From Eledone cirrhosa (Eukaryota): a DNA stretch of 64,000 nt. Below are positions 1 through 12,369 of this stretch, piece by piece. The DNA lies in NCBI GenBank assembly GCA_964016885.1, contig OZ024748.1:38316001-38380000 (forward strand), given 5' to 3'. Under the pieces are notes generated by a model. That model did not search any database and had not been told where the DNA came from. It worked only from the letters and a program-made list of their open reading frames with translations. How positions within the stretch are numbered: the stretch's first letter is position 1; each line of letters opens with the position of its first letter. Made by a program: the position numbers and the translations under genes.

Positions 1-979
1 GTTCCTGTAAAAAGTTTTCCCATGTGCAACCTTGCCATTTTTTTTTGCGCAAAGTCGAACCCCGCTTCAGTTTTATTGATTTTTTACATGAATGCGTGAC
101 CTCTGAAGTAGATTTGAGTAGCTAAAAACCTGTCCCGGTAAATTTGCTATAGGTGAAAAAAAGTTGATCAAAATTGTGTCTAGGGTTATTGCCCTTTGCA
201 ACAGCCTCAACGTGTCTTCAAGTATGGTTTGTTAATTTGTTGTGGGACTAAATCGACTTTCGTCAAATCGGACCGAGGAAACAATGTTTCCATTTGTCTT
301 TCTAGCTGGTGTACCGGTTACACTCGGGGTTATAAGGCGCTGGATTTAAACGGGTCTGCGTTAAATTCCAGCAGGATGCTTTAACCGAAATAAATGAAGA
401 ACAAACGTTTCCTTTTGTGCTCCAATCTGTGATATTGGTATTTTGAAAAAATACTCCACAAACATCCATGGAGCATGTGTAACACATGTATCAGGTTATG
501 AGAAAAAGGGTTTTCGATTCTCCATTCATAAGATACAAAAAAATTGCACGCAAATAAACCGGGATTTTAAGGCACTGCCCAATTCATAGCTGAAAGGTAA
601 GAAACAAGTGGAATAATGTTTTGCGACATTGTCAAATGTACAACCGTACAAAAGCAAAGGATATACCATTGAAATCTAGGTAGACCAAAGAATTTGGTGG
701 GGTTGTATATCAGAGGATTGTTTTCCTTGTGATTCGCGTCTAGCCTACAAAGTGAAGTTAGATGATTGTAGTCGGTGTTGTATCAATAAAAAATAAAAGC
801 ATACGGAAGACTGAACACTTACGAATTAAGTGAAATTCACGTTGATATTCCTATCGGAGCAACATGTGCCGAAAAACCTGACGGACTGTTGTGTCAATAT
901 TGAAATCGTAGAAATTGCGAATCCCGACCTCTAAGATGTAATGGATAGGCCTTGGGGGTGAAGAGGAAGAATTGGTACA

Positions 980-3120
980 ATTGTTTTGCTGAACATGTTG
1001 ACCATTAATTTAAATAGACTTACGCAGCATCATCGTGCGGTTTTGTTGTTTATGGCCTAGAATGAGGGCCGGTTAAACGCGGCAGAAAAATAAGCCATGC
1101 TGATGATGTTTAGGGGCGTCGCAGGCAATAGATGCGGCGTTGTGAGTCAATTGTGAGGACAGTGGAAGGCACGCTGATCGCTTGAGAAGACGCGATGCTA
1201 CACAGGATGCTTCTCGGCCATAATTGACAGAAAGGCATGTCAGGAGAAATGAAAGAGTTGCTATTCATCCTTTGCTTAGCATGGTGAACATGTAATTAAA
1301 AAGATTTACCATGGACTATTGTGCACGTTGGTATTGTGTTTAGCCTGCGAAAATCGGTGGTCAAATGGGGCAACAATAAGCCATGCTGATGACGTTTAAG
1401 CGGGTGGTAAGGAATTGATGCGGCATAGATAGCCATGGGAGTCTTGAAGGAGCACGGCGGTCAGGCAAAAGAAAGGGCCGAGGAGGGGATGGTGGCTGAC
1501 AGTGCATGGATGCGGCATCCTGAGGCATGACGATGCAGTGGGACGGCGGCCAGCAGGCAAGGAAGAGGGCAGGGGTGGACGGGGGCAAGGATGCCGCATT
1601 GTGAGCCATAGCGGTCTTGAAGGAGCACTGCGGGAAGGCAAAAGAAAGGGTCAAGGTGGGGATGGCGGCTGACAGAGCATTGATGCGGCATGGTGATGCA
1701 TGATGATGCAGTGGGACGACGGCGTGCAGGGAACGGAGAGGGCAGGAGTTGACGGTGGCAGGGATGCGACTTGGTCCCTCAAGACTGCCATGCCTAGGCA
1801 GTGGAAAGGGTCGGGGAGTGGATGGCAGCTGACAGGGCAGAGATGCAACATGGTGAGGCATGACGAAAGGACAGGGTGCATGGCGGCTGACAGGGTGTGG
1901 ATGCGGCATGCCAATTGAGTTGCACCTGGAGTACCGGGAGGCACGATGATTGTTTGAGACAACCGGGTGCAAGGCAGGATGTTTATCGGCCATACATGAT
2001 AAGAGGAGAAAGGGATGAATTTTTGTTTAGTTTTGTTAAATATGGTCAAAATGAATGTAAAAAGACTTACACGGGATCGTCTTCATGTTCGGTGTTGTCT
2101 TTGGTCTGAGATAATGGGCGGTTATGTGCGGCGCAGGAATAAACCATGCTGATGACATTTGTGCAAGTTGCTGACAGGGCAGGAATGCCGCATGGTGAGC
2201 CATGGCAGTCGTGAGGGACCAAGGCGTGCGGGCAAGGAAGGGGGCAGGGGTTGACGGTGGCAGGGATGCGGCTTGGTTGGGCATGGCAGTCTTGAAGGAG
2301 CACGGTGGGCAGGCAAAATAAAGGGCTGGGGAGGGGTTGGCGGCTGACAGATCATGGATGCGGCATGGTGAGGCATATCGATGCAGTGGGTCGACGGCGT
2401 GCAGGGAAGGGAGAGGGCAGGACTTGATAGTGTCAGGGATGCGGCTTGGTTAGGCATGGCAGTCTTGAAGGAGCACGGCGAGCAGGCAAAAGAAAGGGCT
2501 GAGGAGGGGATGGTAGCCGACAGGGCAGTAATGCGGCATGGTGAAACATGACGATGCAGTAGGACGACGGCGTGCAGGGAAAGGAGAGGGCCGGGGTTGA
2601 CGGTGGCAGGGATGCGGCTTGATCAGGCATGGAAGTCTTGAGCTCTCACGGAGTGTAGGCAATGGAAATGGGCAGGGGTGGACGGTGGCAGGGATTCGGC
2701 ATGTTAAGCCGTGGCAGTCCTTAGGGACCACGGAGAGCAGGCAATGGAAAGGGCCGGGGAATGAATTGCGGCTGACAGGGCAGAGATGCGCATGGTGATG
2801 CACAACGATGCAGTGGGTCGACGGCGTGCAGGGAACGGAGAGGGCAGGGGTTGACGGATGCCTCATTACGCTACGGTAGTGGGACTACGGGAATGAAGAG
2901 AGCGCATGGAGGTTCGATGATCGCTTGAGAAGACTAGGCGCAATATAGGATGATGCGCGGCGGTATAGTCTTGATAGTCCTTATATATATAAGAAATGGA
3001 AGAATCGGCATAAAAGGTTTGCTGAATATGGTGAGCGTTAATTTAAAGAGATTTACGCTGGATAATCCTGATAGATTGAACGTTTTTTGCATGGCGGGAG
3101 TCGCGAAAAATGGAAGCAAG
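980..3120. repeat. Degenerate two-tier tandem repeat: old AT-richer units plus an amplified ~174-bp GC-rich unit
   Basis: GTCTTGAAGGAGCAC-like anchor recurs at ~1441, 1614, 2289, 2462 and 2636 (~174-bp spacing within blocks). An AAAGATTTAC/AAAGACTTAC...AATAAGCCATGCTGATGA-like unit recurs near 1010, 1300 and 2060, and partly near 3040. Confidence 0.75.
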
Positions 3121-3664
3121 AAGAATGGCGTTTTTCGGTTGCCGGATGGTGATGCTCAATGAAGCTGATAGATAACAGCGTGCGCGAAGGGATGCTTTAA
3201 GTCTCTGCATGGAGAATTGGCCCCAGCGTAGAAGATGTTAGAGATAGATGAGGTTTTTGTAAAGCAGAAAGTACTGCAGCTTAGATTAAGAATTCTACTC
3301 TAAGAACCCTGAATATCTGTTTGTAAAGCCTTCCATTTTCCCATAAAGAAAGGCGTAGATTTGCATATTTCCACAATATTGCGCCATTGATAATTAGACT
3401 ATTAATAATTGTCTGCCCTAACTCTTAAAGGACTCATTTAACGCATGATTTATGAGTTTAAAAAAACTTTCTGAATTTTTGCAGCCTTGGAGTAACTCCT
3501 AATGGATCTATTATTGTGGTAATATCAAATTTCATTGAAATCGTACGAATTCGGAAAATATCGATGTTTGCCTCTGGGGGTCTGATTATTTAATGTAGCC
3601 CACGTTCATCACCGGATCAAAATACACACTTGGGTCGAGTTTCATCGAAATCGGAGGGGGCCCC

Positions 3665-4365
3665 AGAAAGAATTTCTATAGACTTTGGACTGAGGAATGC
3701 TCTCAAAACTGACCAATGGGAAGTTTGATCTTACAAATCTTTATAGCATTGAGATGGGTATAACACACACACACACATTTTATTCGATTATTTTATTTTA
3801 TTCCTTTACCATCTTATTCCTTCTACCACTTTATCACATTTTCTTTTGAGCTGACTCCAACAATAACACCACTACCAACACAAGGATTGAGGTCAGATGT
3901 ACCTAACAATAACAAGAACAACAACTACAGATTGGCTTGCCTCAGAACGAATTTCTATAGACTTTTGACTGAGGAATGTTCTAACAACTGATCAATGAGA
4001 GGAGAAGAGGCCCTTTGACGCTGAAATTCGTTTGTTTGAATTCATATGATTCCAGTTCCTCAGTGAAATAACAACCGAACCAGGAACTGGGCATATCAGA
4101 GTATTGACAAAGTTATACACCTCAACAACATGTGTACCCGTCTCTGCCACACTAATTCGGACTGCCTGAAGAGGTCACAGCCAAAGATGGCTGTCACCGA
4201 AATATATATAGCAGTAATAAACGAAGCCAAATTTTAAACATTTGACTTATTTATTTTATTTTATTTTACATTACTTAGGAGTAACCAAACCAACCTGCGC
4301 ACTTCGTCGAGTGCTCCAATCTGCATACTTAGGTGTTGGTCCAACCAACATATACTCAAAATTTA
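3665..4365 (+). mobile_element. Solo, diverged pseudo-LTR plus 3' tail of the same PLE family as 13839-18627
   Basis: Aligns by eye to 18080-18625 (GAATTTCTATAGACTT..GACTGAGGAATG, hammerhead, GAGTAACCAAACCAACCTGCGCACTTCGTCGAGTGCTCCA). Ends in (TA)n. Confidence 0.85.
4161..4215 (+). ncRNA. Type I hammerhead ribozyme (PLE pLTR)
   Basis: ACTGC-CTGAAGA-GGTCACAGCC aaagat GGCTGTCACC-GAAA-TATATA-TA-GCAGT: stem I, core, stem II, palindromic stem III, UA cleavage site. Confidence 0.9.
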
Positions 4366-4537
4366 TATATATATATATATATATAGTGGTAGAACATTGG
4401 AAGGTAATATCCGTAGGGGTAGAGCACTCAGTCCATGGGACGAGTTAGGTAGAAGTGGTTACACAACAGTTAGTTGTGGATCCGCTAAGGTGAAACAATT
4501 GTTCTCGGTATAGTGAACTAACTGTTGTGTAACCACT

Positions 4538-4586
<49 letters not shown>

Positions 4587-4696
4587 GATAGATATAGATA
4601 TAGATATATATATATGCATATATATACATCCACATGAATATATATATGTGTGTGTATGTATATACAGATATATATATATATGTATGTATATATTTC

Positions 4697-4753
<57 letters not shown>

Positions 4754-4826
4754 GAGCGGAACAAGTAATCATCAAACAATCTTTTAAATAAATTAAAAAA
4801 CGATTTAAATATTTACCTCTTCTATT

Positions 4827-4905
4827 GGTGTTACCGACGGTTTCACTAATCAAAGGATTGGAAATTCAGAGAATTTCCAATGGAAAGATTAGATCTTCAG
4901 ACAGC
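4827..4905 (-). ncRNA. Type I hammerhead ribozyme, solo PLE LTR remnant
   Basis: Reverse complement reads TGT-CTGAAGA-TCTAATC...TTGGAAATTC..GAATTTCCAA...GATTAGT-GAAA-CCGTCGG-TA-ACA. Stem I is short. Confidence 0.75.
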
Positions 4906-5259
4906 TATTTCCATACTATAAGGGTATAAAGCCTTATAGTAAAAGAATATATCGCTTCCTGCCCGTTGTATGGGGTCAGGCCATTAAAGTGACTTACACA
5001 CAAAAATAGGCCATAAGTAAAAGCGGGATATTATAAACTTGTATATATACGAACTACAACATGAAATCACTTGAATGAAAATCACATACCCAACTCTATC
5101 ACGTCCTTTGCATAAAACCTTACATAACAAATACCTACATTATCACCACATGTTTCTCTAACAAATTGCACACTATCTTAAACATGTCTAACACTTGTAA
5201 CGTGCTTTAACACCCCACACAAAATATGTTTATTTCAACTGCATTATAACTCTTTCCTT

Positions 5260-5522
5260 ATACATGCCTTATTGACTGTATTGACTCCTGCATTGTACAC
5301 CACCACCACCACCACCACCCCCACTACCACCACCACCACCACCACCCCACCTCCACCCCCACCCCACCACCACCACCACTACCACCACCAACACCAACAC
5401 CACCACCACCACACCACCACCACCACCACCACTACCATACATGCCTTATTGACTGTATTGACTCCTGAATTGTACACCACCACCACCACTATCACCACTA
5501 ACACCAACACCACCACCACCAC
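5260..5522. repeat. (CAC)n tracts within a short direct duplication
   Basis: ATACATGCCTTATTGACTGTATTGACTCCTG.ATTGTACACC occurs at ~5260 and ~5437, each followed by (CAC)n. Confidence 0.8.
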
Positions 5523-5632
5523 AAATTTGCGTTGAGCCTTTTGTCATACCGGTAACCGGCTAGTACTTAGTATTACCCTCCATTTTTATAATTGTATTAA
5601 ACATATATAAATATAAATATAAATATTCTTAT

Positions 5633-5746
<114 letters not shown>

Positions 5747-5750
5747 TCAC

Positions 5751-5795
<45 letters not shown>

Positions 5796-5863
5796 TAGGG
5801 TGGAAAGCAACTTCCTATTTAAAGTTGTGAATTATTAATAAGAAAGAATGCAAAATATATTTA

Positions 5864-6081
5864 TACAAGGGTCGGTTGAAAAGTTCATAAAGTGAAACGG
5901 TCATAAGCTGACCAAGATACTCTCATGGTATGACCAAATGAGGTTTAGTTTTCGACATAGACCCTGGAAAGAAACAATGCATTTATTAATAAGAAGAGTT
6001 GAAATTAATGCATGTAAAATTTCACAGCTCTAGCATCAAACCTTCATGGTCAGCCTATGAACATTTCAGCTGACCCTCGCG
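5864..6081. mobile_element. Mariner-family MITE / internally deleted Tc1-mariner element
   Basis: Left end TACAAGGGTCGGTTGAAAAGTTCATA..AGCTGACC. Right end reverse complement CGAGGGTCAGCTGAAATGTTCATAGGCTGACC. TA present on the left; right TA degenerate. Confidence 0.7.
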
Positions 6082-6720
6082 TGTGTGTGTGTGTCTGTCT
6101 GTCTGTGTATGTGTGCGAGTGTGTATGTCTGTGTGCATGTTTGTGTCTGTGTCTGTGTATATGTGCGTGTGTGTGTATGAACGTGTGCGTGTGTGTACGT
6201 GTCTGTGTGTCAGTCTATGTATATGTGTGTGTGAACGTATGTGTGTGTGTGTGTGTGCCTGCCTATGAATGTGTATATGTGTGTGTGTGTATGTCTATGT
6301 ATGTGTGTCTGTGTATGTCTATGTAAGTGTGTTTGTGTGTGTGTTTGTCTATGTATGTGTATGTGTGTGTGTCTGTCTATGTATGTATTGTGTGTGTATA
6401 TGTGTGTCTGTATATGTGTGTGTGTGTCTGTATATGTATGTGTGTGTGTCTGTATATGTGTGTGTGTGTGTCTGTATATATATATGTGTGTGCGTCTGTA
6501 TATGAATGTGTGTCTGTATATATATGTGTGTGAGTCTGTATATGTGTGTGTGTCTGTATATATATGTGTGTGAGTCTGTATATGTGTGTGAGTCTGTATA
6601 TGTGTGTGAGTCTGTATATGTGTGTGAGTCTTTATGTGTGTGTGTGTCTGTATATATCTGTGTGTGAGTCTGTACGTGTGTATGTCTGTATATGTATGTG
6701 AGTCTGTGTGTGTGTGTGTA
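6081..6720. repeat. Compound (TG)/(TA) micro/minisatellite
   Basis: GTGTGTGAGTCTGTATAT-type units; a paralogous tract lies at 33025-33397. Confidence 0.9.
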
Positions 6721-6908
6721 TGGCATCGCGTTATATACTGCAGCCGATCTGTCATATGATCAGACGTCAACATTGTAAGACAGGAGAGAAAACTGGGATT
6801 GGTGCCGTCTTTACATTTCACAATCGAGTTACGTAGTCGACTTAATGACAGGTTAACACTGATTACAATATAACCTCATTCTACCTATTTCAAACTACCT
6901 GAAAACAA

Positions 6909-7121
<213 letters not shown>

Positions 7122-7323
7122 GGGGGGGGTTATACTTGGGGAGGGTCATGTTGTAATAATATTGCCAGAAATAATAACAGAACACACTCACTGTTTGGTT
7201 GGTTTTCGCTTCTGTATCTTTCATATCTCCACAGTTAATTCATTCGGTCCTCAATGTTTACCATTGACTGACCAACGGTCAAAAATACAGATATAATATA
7301 GATATAAACACATATATATAGTC

Positions 7324-7367
7324 TAACAAAGTTCTTTCGTTGCACATCTGCAACATCGTCAGTGGTA
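7324..7367 (-). ncRNA. Minimal type I hammerhead-like motif (copy of 33873-33916)
   Basis: Reverse complement TACCA-CTGACGA-TGTTGCA gatg TGCAAC-GAAA-GAAC-TT-TGTTA. Stems I and III are imperfect. Confidence 0.6.
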
Positions 7368-7427
7368 CTATTATGTTCCTCCTGTAGTATTGTATATCTA
7401 TGCTATTTTATTTTGTCTGTTTATTTA

Positions 7428-10400
7428 TTTTTAAGTTGTCCAAAAATGCGCATGGTTGGCTATTCAGACCACAAGTTAGTGACCTGCATGATCAACCTTG
7501 ACAGAACTCATAGACAGGGACCCGGTTACTGGAAGCTCAACTTGTCCTTACCGGCAAGTAAGGCTTACAGGGACCGGATTATCACTTTAGTTAAGGAGCG
7601 GTTGACGGGCGCCATCGTCAACAGCAGGTGGTGGGGATCTCTCAAAAGAGAGATTAGAGTAGTCTCTATAGAATTTAGTAAGGAGTTAGCCTCAAATAGA
7701 AATAGGAAGGAAAGGGAGTTGTTAGATAGTGTAGAAGAGGCAATTAGAAGCGGCGACGTGGCCAGAGTGCTAGCGTCGAGAACGGCCCTAGGCCAGTTCT
7801 TCGAAGCGAAACACGAAGGCTGCATCGTCCGAAGCAAAATACGTGCTCTGGGAAACGAGGGGACCAAAGATGTTAGCTGGGCCCGCGTGACAGAAGCCAA
7901 AAGAGGGAGCAGATCCACTATCCGGTCTTTGCGAGACCAGGATGGACGGGTGATCCTTGAACCTAAGCAGATGGGCGAGGCTTTTCAAAAGCATTTCGCC
8001 GGATTGTTCGGAAGGGGCGGGGGGCCGGTTGGGTATGTGGACTTCGGTCCATACCTCGACGGCCTGCCGCGTCTCTCGGAAAGGGAGGCGAAGTCCCGGG
8101 AGGAGCCGATTTCAGCCGCTGAGATAGAGGACGTGCTGAGCCAATGCAGCAAACGCAAATCCCCGGGTCTCGATGGTCTTCCATACGAACTATATCTAGC
8201 TATGCCGGACTTGTTCCCCGATCTCCTCGAGGCGGTCTACTGCAACTGGCAACAGAACGGGAGAATTCCCTGTGCTGTGACCAAGGGCGTAGTCACGCTA
8301 GTGAGGAAGGACGAGAACAAGGGGGACGATATAAATAATTTCAGGCCCATAACTCTGCTAAATACAGAGTTACAGATTTTGGCCAAGGTGCTAGCAAAGA
8401 GGTTGGCGCTTGTCGTGGGCAACCTGGTGGAAGATGCGCAGACATGTGCTATCCCGTCCAGGTCCATCCACGACAACCTCCACCTCATGCGATACATCAT
8501 AGAGAGGGTTGGGAACGAACCCGGCTTTGGTGGGGCCCTGATCAACTTGGATCAATCTAAGGCATTCGATAGGGTCGACCATGGTTACCTGGATGCGGTG
8601 CTAGCGGCGGCAGGCTTCGGACCCGTTTTCAGGGGCTGGATCAATGCCATGCACAGCAGCCGCATCTGCTCTAGGGTCAAGGTGAACGGCTACCTCTCGG
8701 AGCCGTTCGAAATCGCGCGGTCCATCCGACAGGGTGCCCTCTCTCCTCCCTTCTGTATGTAATGACTCTAGAGCCACTGCTGCGGAAGTTGGAGTTGTTG
8801 CAGGGCATCTCGTTGGAGCCGGGATTGCGGAAAGCGGTGTCAGCCTACGCCGATGACGTAACAGTAATGGTGTCGACGGCCTCGGAAATCGGGGCGATCG
8901 GCACCTTACTGGAGGAGTACGAAAGGTTTACAGGGGCTAAGCTGAACCGGAACAAGTCGATCGGTCTGCAACTCGGCACGTGGAGGGGCAGATCGATGCC
9001 CTCCGATGGCGTCGTCGGGCGCTGGACGGAGGGCCCGGTGAAGTTGCTCGGGGTCTGGTTCGGACCAGACCTCCAGGTGGAGAAGAATTGGGGTGAGGTA
9101 ACGAACAGGGTGTTTGCACTGACCCAGAAGTGGGCCGAGTGCAAACTGTCCCTGAAAGGTCGGGCGGAGGTGGCGAACACTTATATAGCGTCCGTCATCT
9201 ACTACCGCCTGACCGTTGTGCCTTGCCCAAGGGAAACGCTCGCCAAAATGGAGCGCGCGCTCTTCCAATTCCTTTGGAAGAAGCGGGCTCCTATGGTGAG
9301 GAGATCCATCTGCTGTCAACACCCTTCGAAAGGAGGGCTGGGGATGCCGTGGCTAATGATACGTAAACACGCATTAAGGCTACGGCACCTTCAGGTATTC
9401 CTCTCCGGTCAACCGGTGTGGGCCCCGTTTGTGAGGCGAGCCTTTCCCAGACTCGTCTCACTCACCGAGCTGCAATCCTGGGTCAAGCAAAGACCGAGAA
9501 AACTGGGCGCCTGGCACACCGAGTGTGCCCAGGCGCTCACGGCTCTCTGGCAGGCGGACCCGGCTGTCGGTGGAGAATCCACCTCGTCATTCTATAGAGG
9601 GCTGGTGGTTAGCAGGTGCGACGACGCCCTCGGAGAAGCCCTAGGCATGGAGGAAGACGAACTGGCCAACCTGTTCGGTAGGACATTCAGCCCGGGACCC
9701 ATGGATAACTTCCAGAGGTCCCTGGCCTGGCAATGCTACAGAAGGGCTCTGCCCGTTCGAGAAAGGCTCTACAGACACGGGTTCCCGGGTAGGGACCCCT
9801 CGAAAAAGATCTGTCCCAGATGCTTGTGCGACGAGGAAACCGTTGCACACGCATTGGTACACTGCTCGGGCATTGCCGATCTGTGGGGCTATGTCGAACA
9901 ACTGCTGTCAAGGGTGGGACCGATCCATTTGACCACCGAGTCTATTGTAACAATCAAGCCGCCTCCCCTCTTCAAAAACGAAGAAGAGGCGGTGTTTCTG
10001 TGCGTAATAGCCATGGCGAAAGAGGTTGTATGGTGGACGCGTCTGAAAGGACTGAGGTCAGACACCTTTCTCTCTGGCCAACAACTGGTCCGTTTCTTCC
10101 GATATCATTTCGGAAGAAGGATCAGGATGGAGAGAGAGGTGCTGCACCCCAGCCGTTTTTTATGAAAGATGGGTGAAAGTGGCGAGAATGGCCCGTGTGA
10201 ATGGGCCTTCACTCTACATCAGACTATAGGTGAGGAAGATGAAAGACTAAGGGAGCACCCCTTCTCTGTTCTCCCGAGGAAAAGGGTTGCACACTTTTTT
10301 CGGGGGTGTGTGCGACCCCCCAAGGCGCCTCCTCTCTATTGAGGACTTTGTTATAAATTTTATTTTTTGTTATATTTTATTTTATTTTTATATAATGTTA

Positions 10401-10493
10401 TTGCCTCCTCCTTATTGAGGACGCCTTGTTTTGTAAACTCCCCCCATTGTACTTGTCCCACTTTTGATGCCCTGGTGGCAAATAAAAGAAACA
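7428..10493 (+). mobile_element. Tx1-clade (L1 group) non-LTR retrotransposon, 3' part
   Basis: End of APE endonuclease (SDH, GPGYWKLN), RT motifs and C-terminal zinc finger. The 3' UTR ends AATAAAAGAAAC directly before the 42-bp minisatellite. Confidence 0.93.
7446..10229 (+). pseudogene. LINE ORF2 (EN C-terminus, RT, CCHC), frameshifted near 8745 and 10160
   Basis: KSPGLDG, FRPITLLN, LDQSKAFDRV, broken IRQG.PLSP, AYADDV, KLLGV and CPRC...EETVAHALVHC, spread over ORFs 7362-8762 and 8762-10165. Confidence 0.92.
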
Positions 10494-10997
10494 TATCTTT
10501 AATGTGGTATTATTAGTCATGAATATACCACAGAGCTATCTTTAATGTGGTATTATTAGTCATGGATATAATAGGGCGGTGGATTGGCAGTATCGGTGGA
10601 GGGTCGGACGCCATGCTTTCCAGCATAGTTACGTCCCTTTACGATCTGAGTTCAAATCCCGCCGAGGTTGACTTTACCTTTCATCCTTACGGGGTCGATA
10701 AAATAAAGTACCAGTAATGCACTGGGTAATTGCTGGCCTTGTGCCTAAAGTAGAAACAATTATTAGTCATGGATATACCACAGGGCAATCTTTAATGTGG
10801 TATTATTAGTCATGGATATACCACAGGGCTATCTTTAATGTGGTATTTTTACCATGGATATATCACAGATATATCTTTAATGTGGTATTGTAGTCATGGA
10901 TATACCACAGCACTATCTTTAATGTGGTATTGTAACCATGGATATACCACAGGGCTATCTTTAATGTGGTATTGTAACCATGGATATACCACAGGGC
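10494..10997. repeat. 42/45-bp hairpin minisatellite, interrupted by a SINE
   Basis: Unit TATCTTTAATGTGGTATTGTAACCATGGATATACCACAGGGC; reverse complement of the array at 21891-22272. Confidence 0.93.
10574..10764 (+). mobile_element. tRNA-derived SINE (cephalopod-type, Meta/MESC-like central domain)
   Basis: A-box TGGCAGTATCGGT, B-box GAGTTCAAATCC, central GCCGAGGTTGACTTT.CCTTTCATCCTTACGGGGTCGATAAAAT. Flanked by direct repeat TATTAGTCATGGATATA (possible TSD). Homologous copies at 38951 and 39761. Confidence 0.88.
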
Positions 10998-11401
10998 ATC
11001 CAATTTCGATAGATTATTCCTTAGCTAGTGAGTAGAGATAATGGAAGCTGTCAGTGTTTCCTGCTAGTTGTTTACATACAAGTTAGTGGTTTGCACTGTC
11101 AACATGCAGACAAGATTTAGTTGGAAAGGAACCTAGGTTTCCTGAAGCAGAACAAGTAGTTTCCGGCACGGAAATATTGCAGTGATCAGATTAATAATAA
11201 AAAAAATAGTCTTTGTCGGAACTAACGTGAGGAATTTAATAATAATATATCTATTGTATGATAATGACAGAAAGACTAAAAAAAAAACGAGGAAATGTGT
11301 GGAGGGGGAATTGTACGTATGTACTTAGCAGGATGTTATGGTGAAAAGTTGGAGCGAAGAACAAATAACGATACCGGTTTTATTGATTATACCACTTCAC
11401 A

Positions 11402-11830
11402 GAAAGTTTAGTCAGTTTTTTCTGAAAATTTAGCCAATTTTTGTTGAAAATTTAGTAAAATTTTGTTGAAAATTTAGTCAATTCTTGTTGAATATTTAGC
11501 CAATTTTTGCTGAAAATTAAACCATTTTTTGTTGAAAATTTAGTCAATTTTTGCTAAAATTTTAGCCAATTTTTGCTGAAAATTTAGTCAATTTTTGCTG
11601 AAAGTTAAGCCAATATTTGTTGAAAATTGTCTAAATTTCATAAAAAATGGCAAAATTTTCAGCAAAAATTGGCTAAAATTTTAGCAAAATTTGGCTAAAT
11701 TTTTAGCAAAAATTGGCTCAATTTTCAACAAAAATTGACTAAGTCACTTTTTGTTGAAAATTTAGCCAATTTTTGCTGAAAAGTTTACCATTTTTTATGA
11801 AATTTAGCCAATTTTTGCTGAAAATTTAGT
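11402..11830. repeat. ~22-bp AT-rich tandem repeat with an internal inverted block
   Basis: AAAATTTAGCCAATTTTTGCTG units run forward 11402-11630, reversed ~11633-11742, and forward again 11745-11830. Confidence 0.85.
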
Positions 11831-12280
11831 GGGTGGGGAGAAAATGGCGGTTCGGAAACTGAGGAGATGAGGGGTCTCTATGATGACCAGTACAAAGAAG
11901 AAGTGGTCAGTCGATGACAGATATTTAATTGGTACATGGCTTGAAATAAAGAAAACTATTTAATTCGAATCACTTAAATTTATTAAGGAATTAATGGAAG
12001 GAATTAATATAGGTTGTTAGTCTATAGACTTATTTCTCGCCCCCTAACTTGACTGAGAGCCCCCCCCCCCCCATCAACTATCTCTTGTTACAGTAAACCA
12101 CTTTTGATATGTTTCTGTACGGAAGTTTGTGTATATATATATATATAGCTGTGTATAGTGGTAGCTATGGTGCTTCCATAGACGGTATGCCAAAATTAGC
12201 ACTCGATATTCAGCAGAGTAGAGTGTAGGTAGTATAAAGAAAACGAAAAATCAGTGATGCATCTTGACTTAATTTATTGC

Positions 12281-12369
12281 ATGTTACAATTGTTTCGCCG
12301 GCAGGTAGCTCGAGACATGGTCCCTGTATGGATCTGGCTGATTCTACGGCTGCAGGTTCTTTCAGACAC
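12281..12369 (-). ncRNA. Hammerhead-like motif with variant core (CUGAAAGA)
   Basis: Reverse complement GTGT-CTGAAAGA-ACCTGCAGCCGTAG...CTACCTGCCGGC-GAAA-CAATTG-TA-ACAT, with palindromic stem III. Confidence 0.6.

Noticed and set aside
1361-2866. Pro/His/Cys-rich minus-strand ORFs
   Set aside because: They arise from the GC-rich 174-bp repeat, and the frames are not conserved between units.
4430-4510. Hammerhead around GAAA-CAATTG-TT
   Set aside because: No CUGANGA half or convincing stem I could be found upstream.
7362-7445. Hydrophobic N-terminus of the 466-aa ORF as a signal peptide or fusion
   Set aside because: It is read-through from unrelated flank across the 7428 breakpoint, starting from a GTG codon.
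10574-10660. tRNA gene
   Set aside because: A and B boxes are present but no cloverleaf. It is the head of a SINE found three times in the window.
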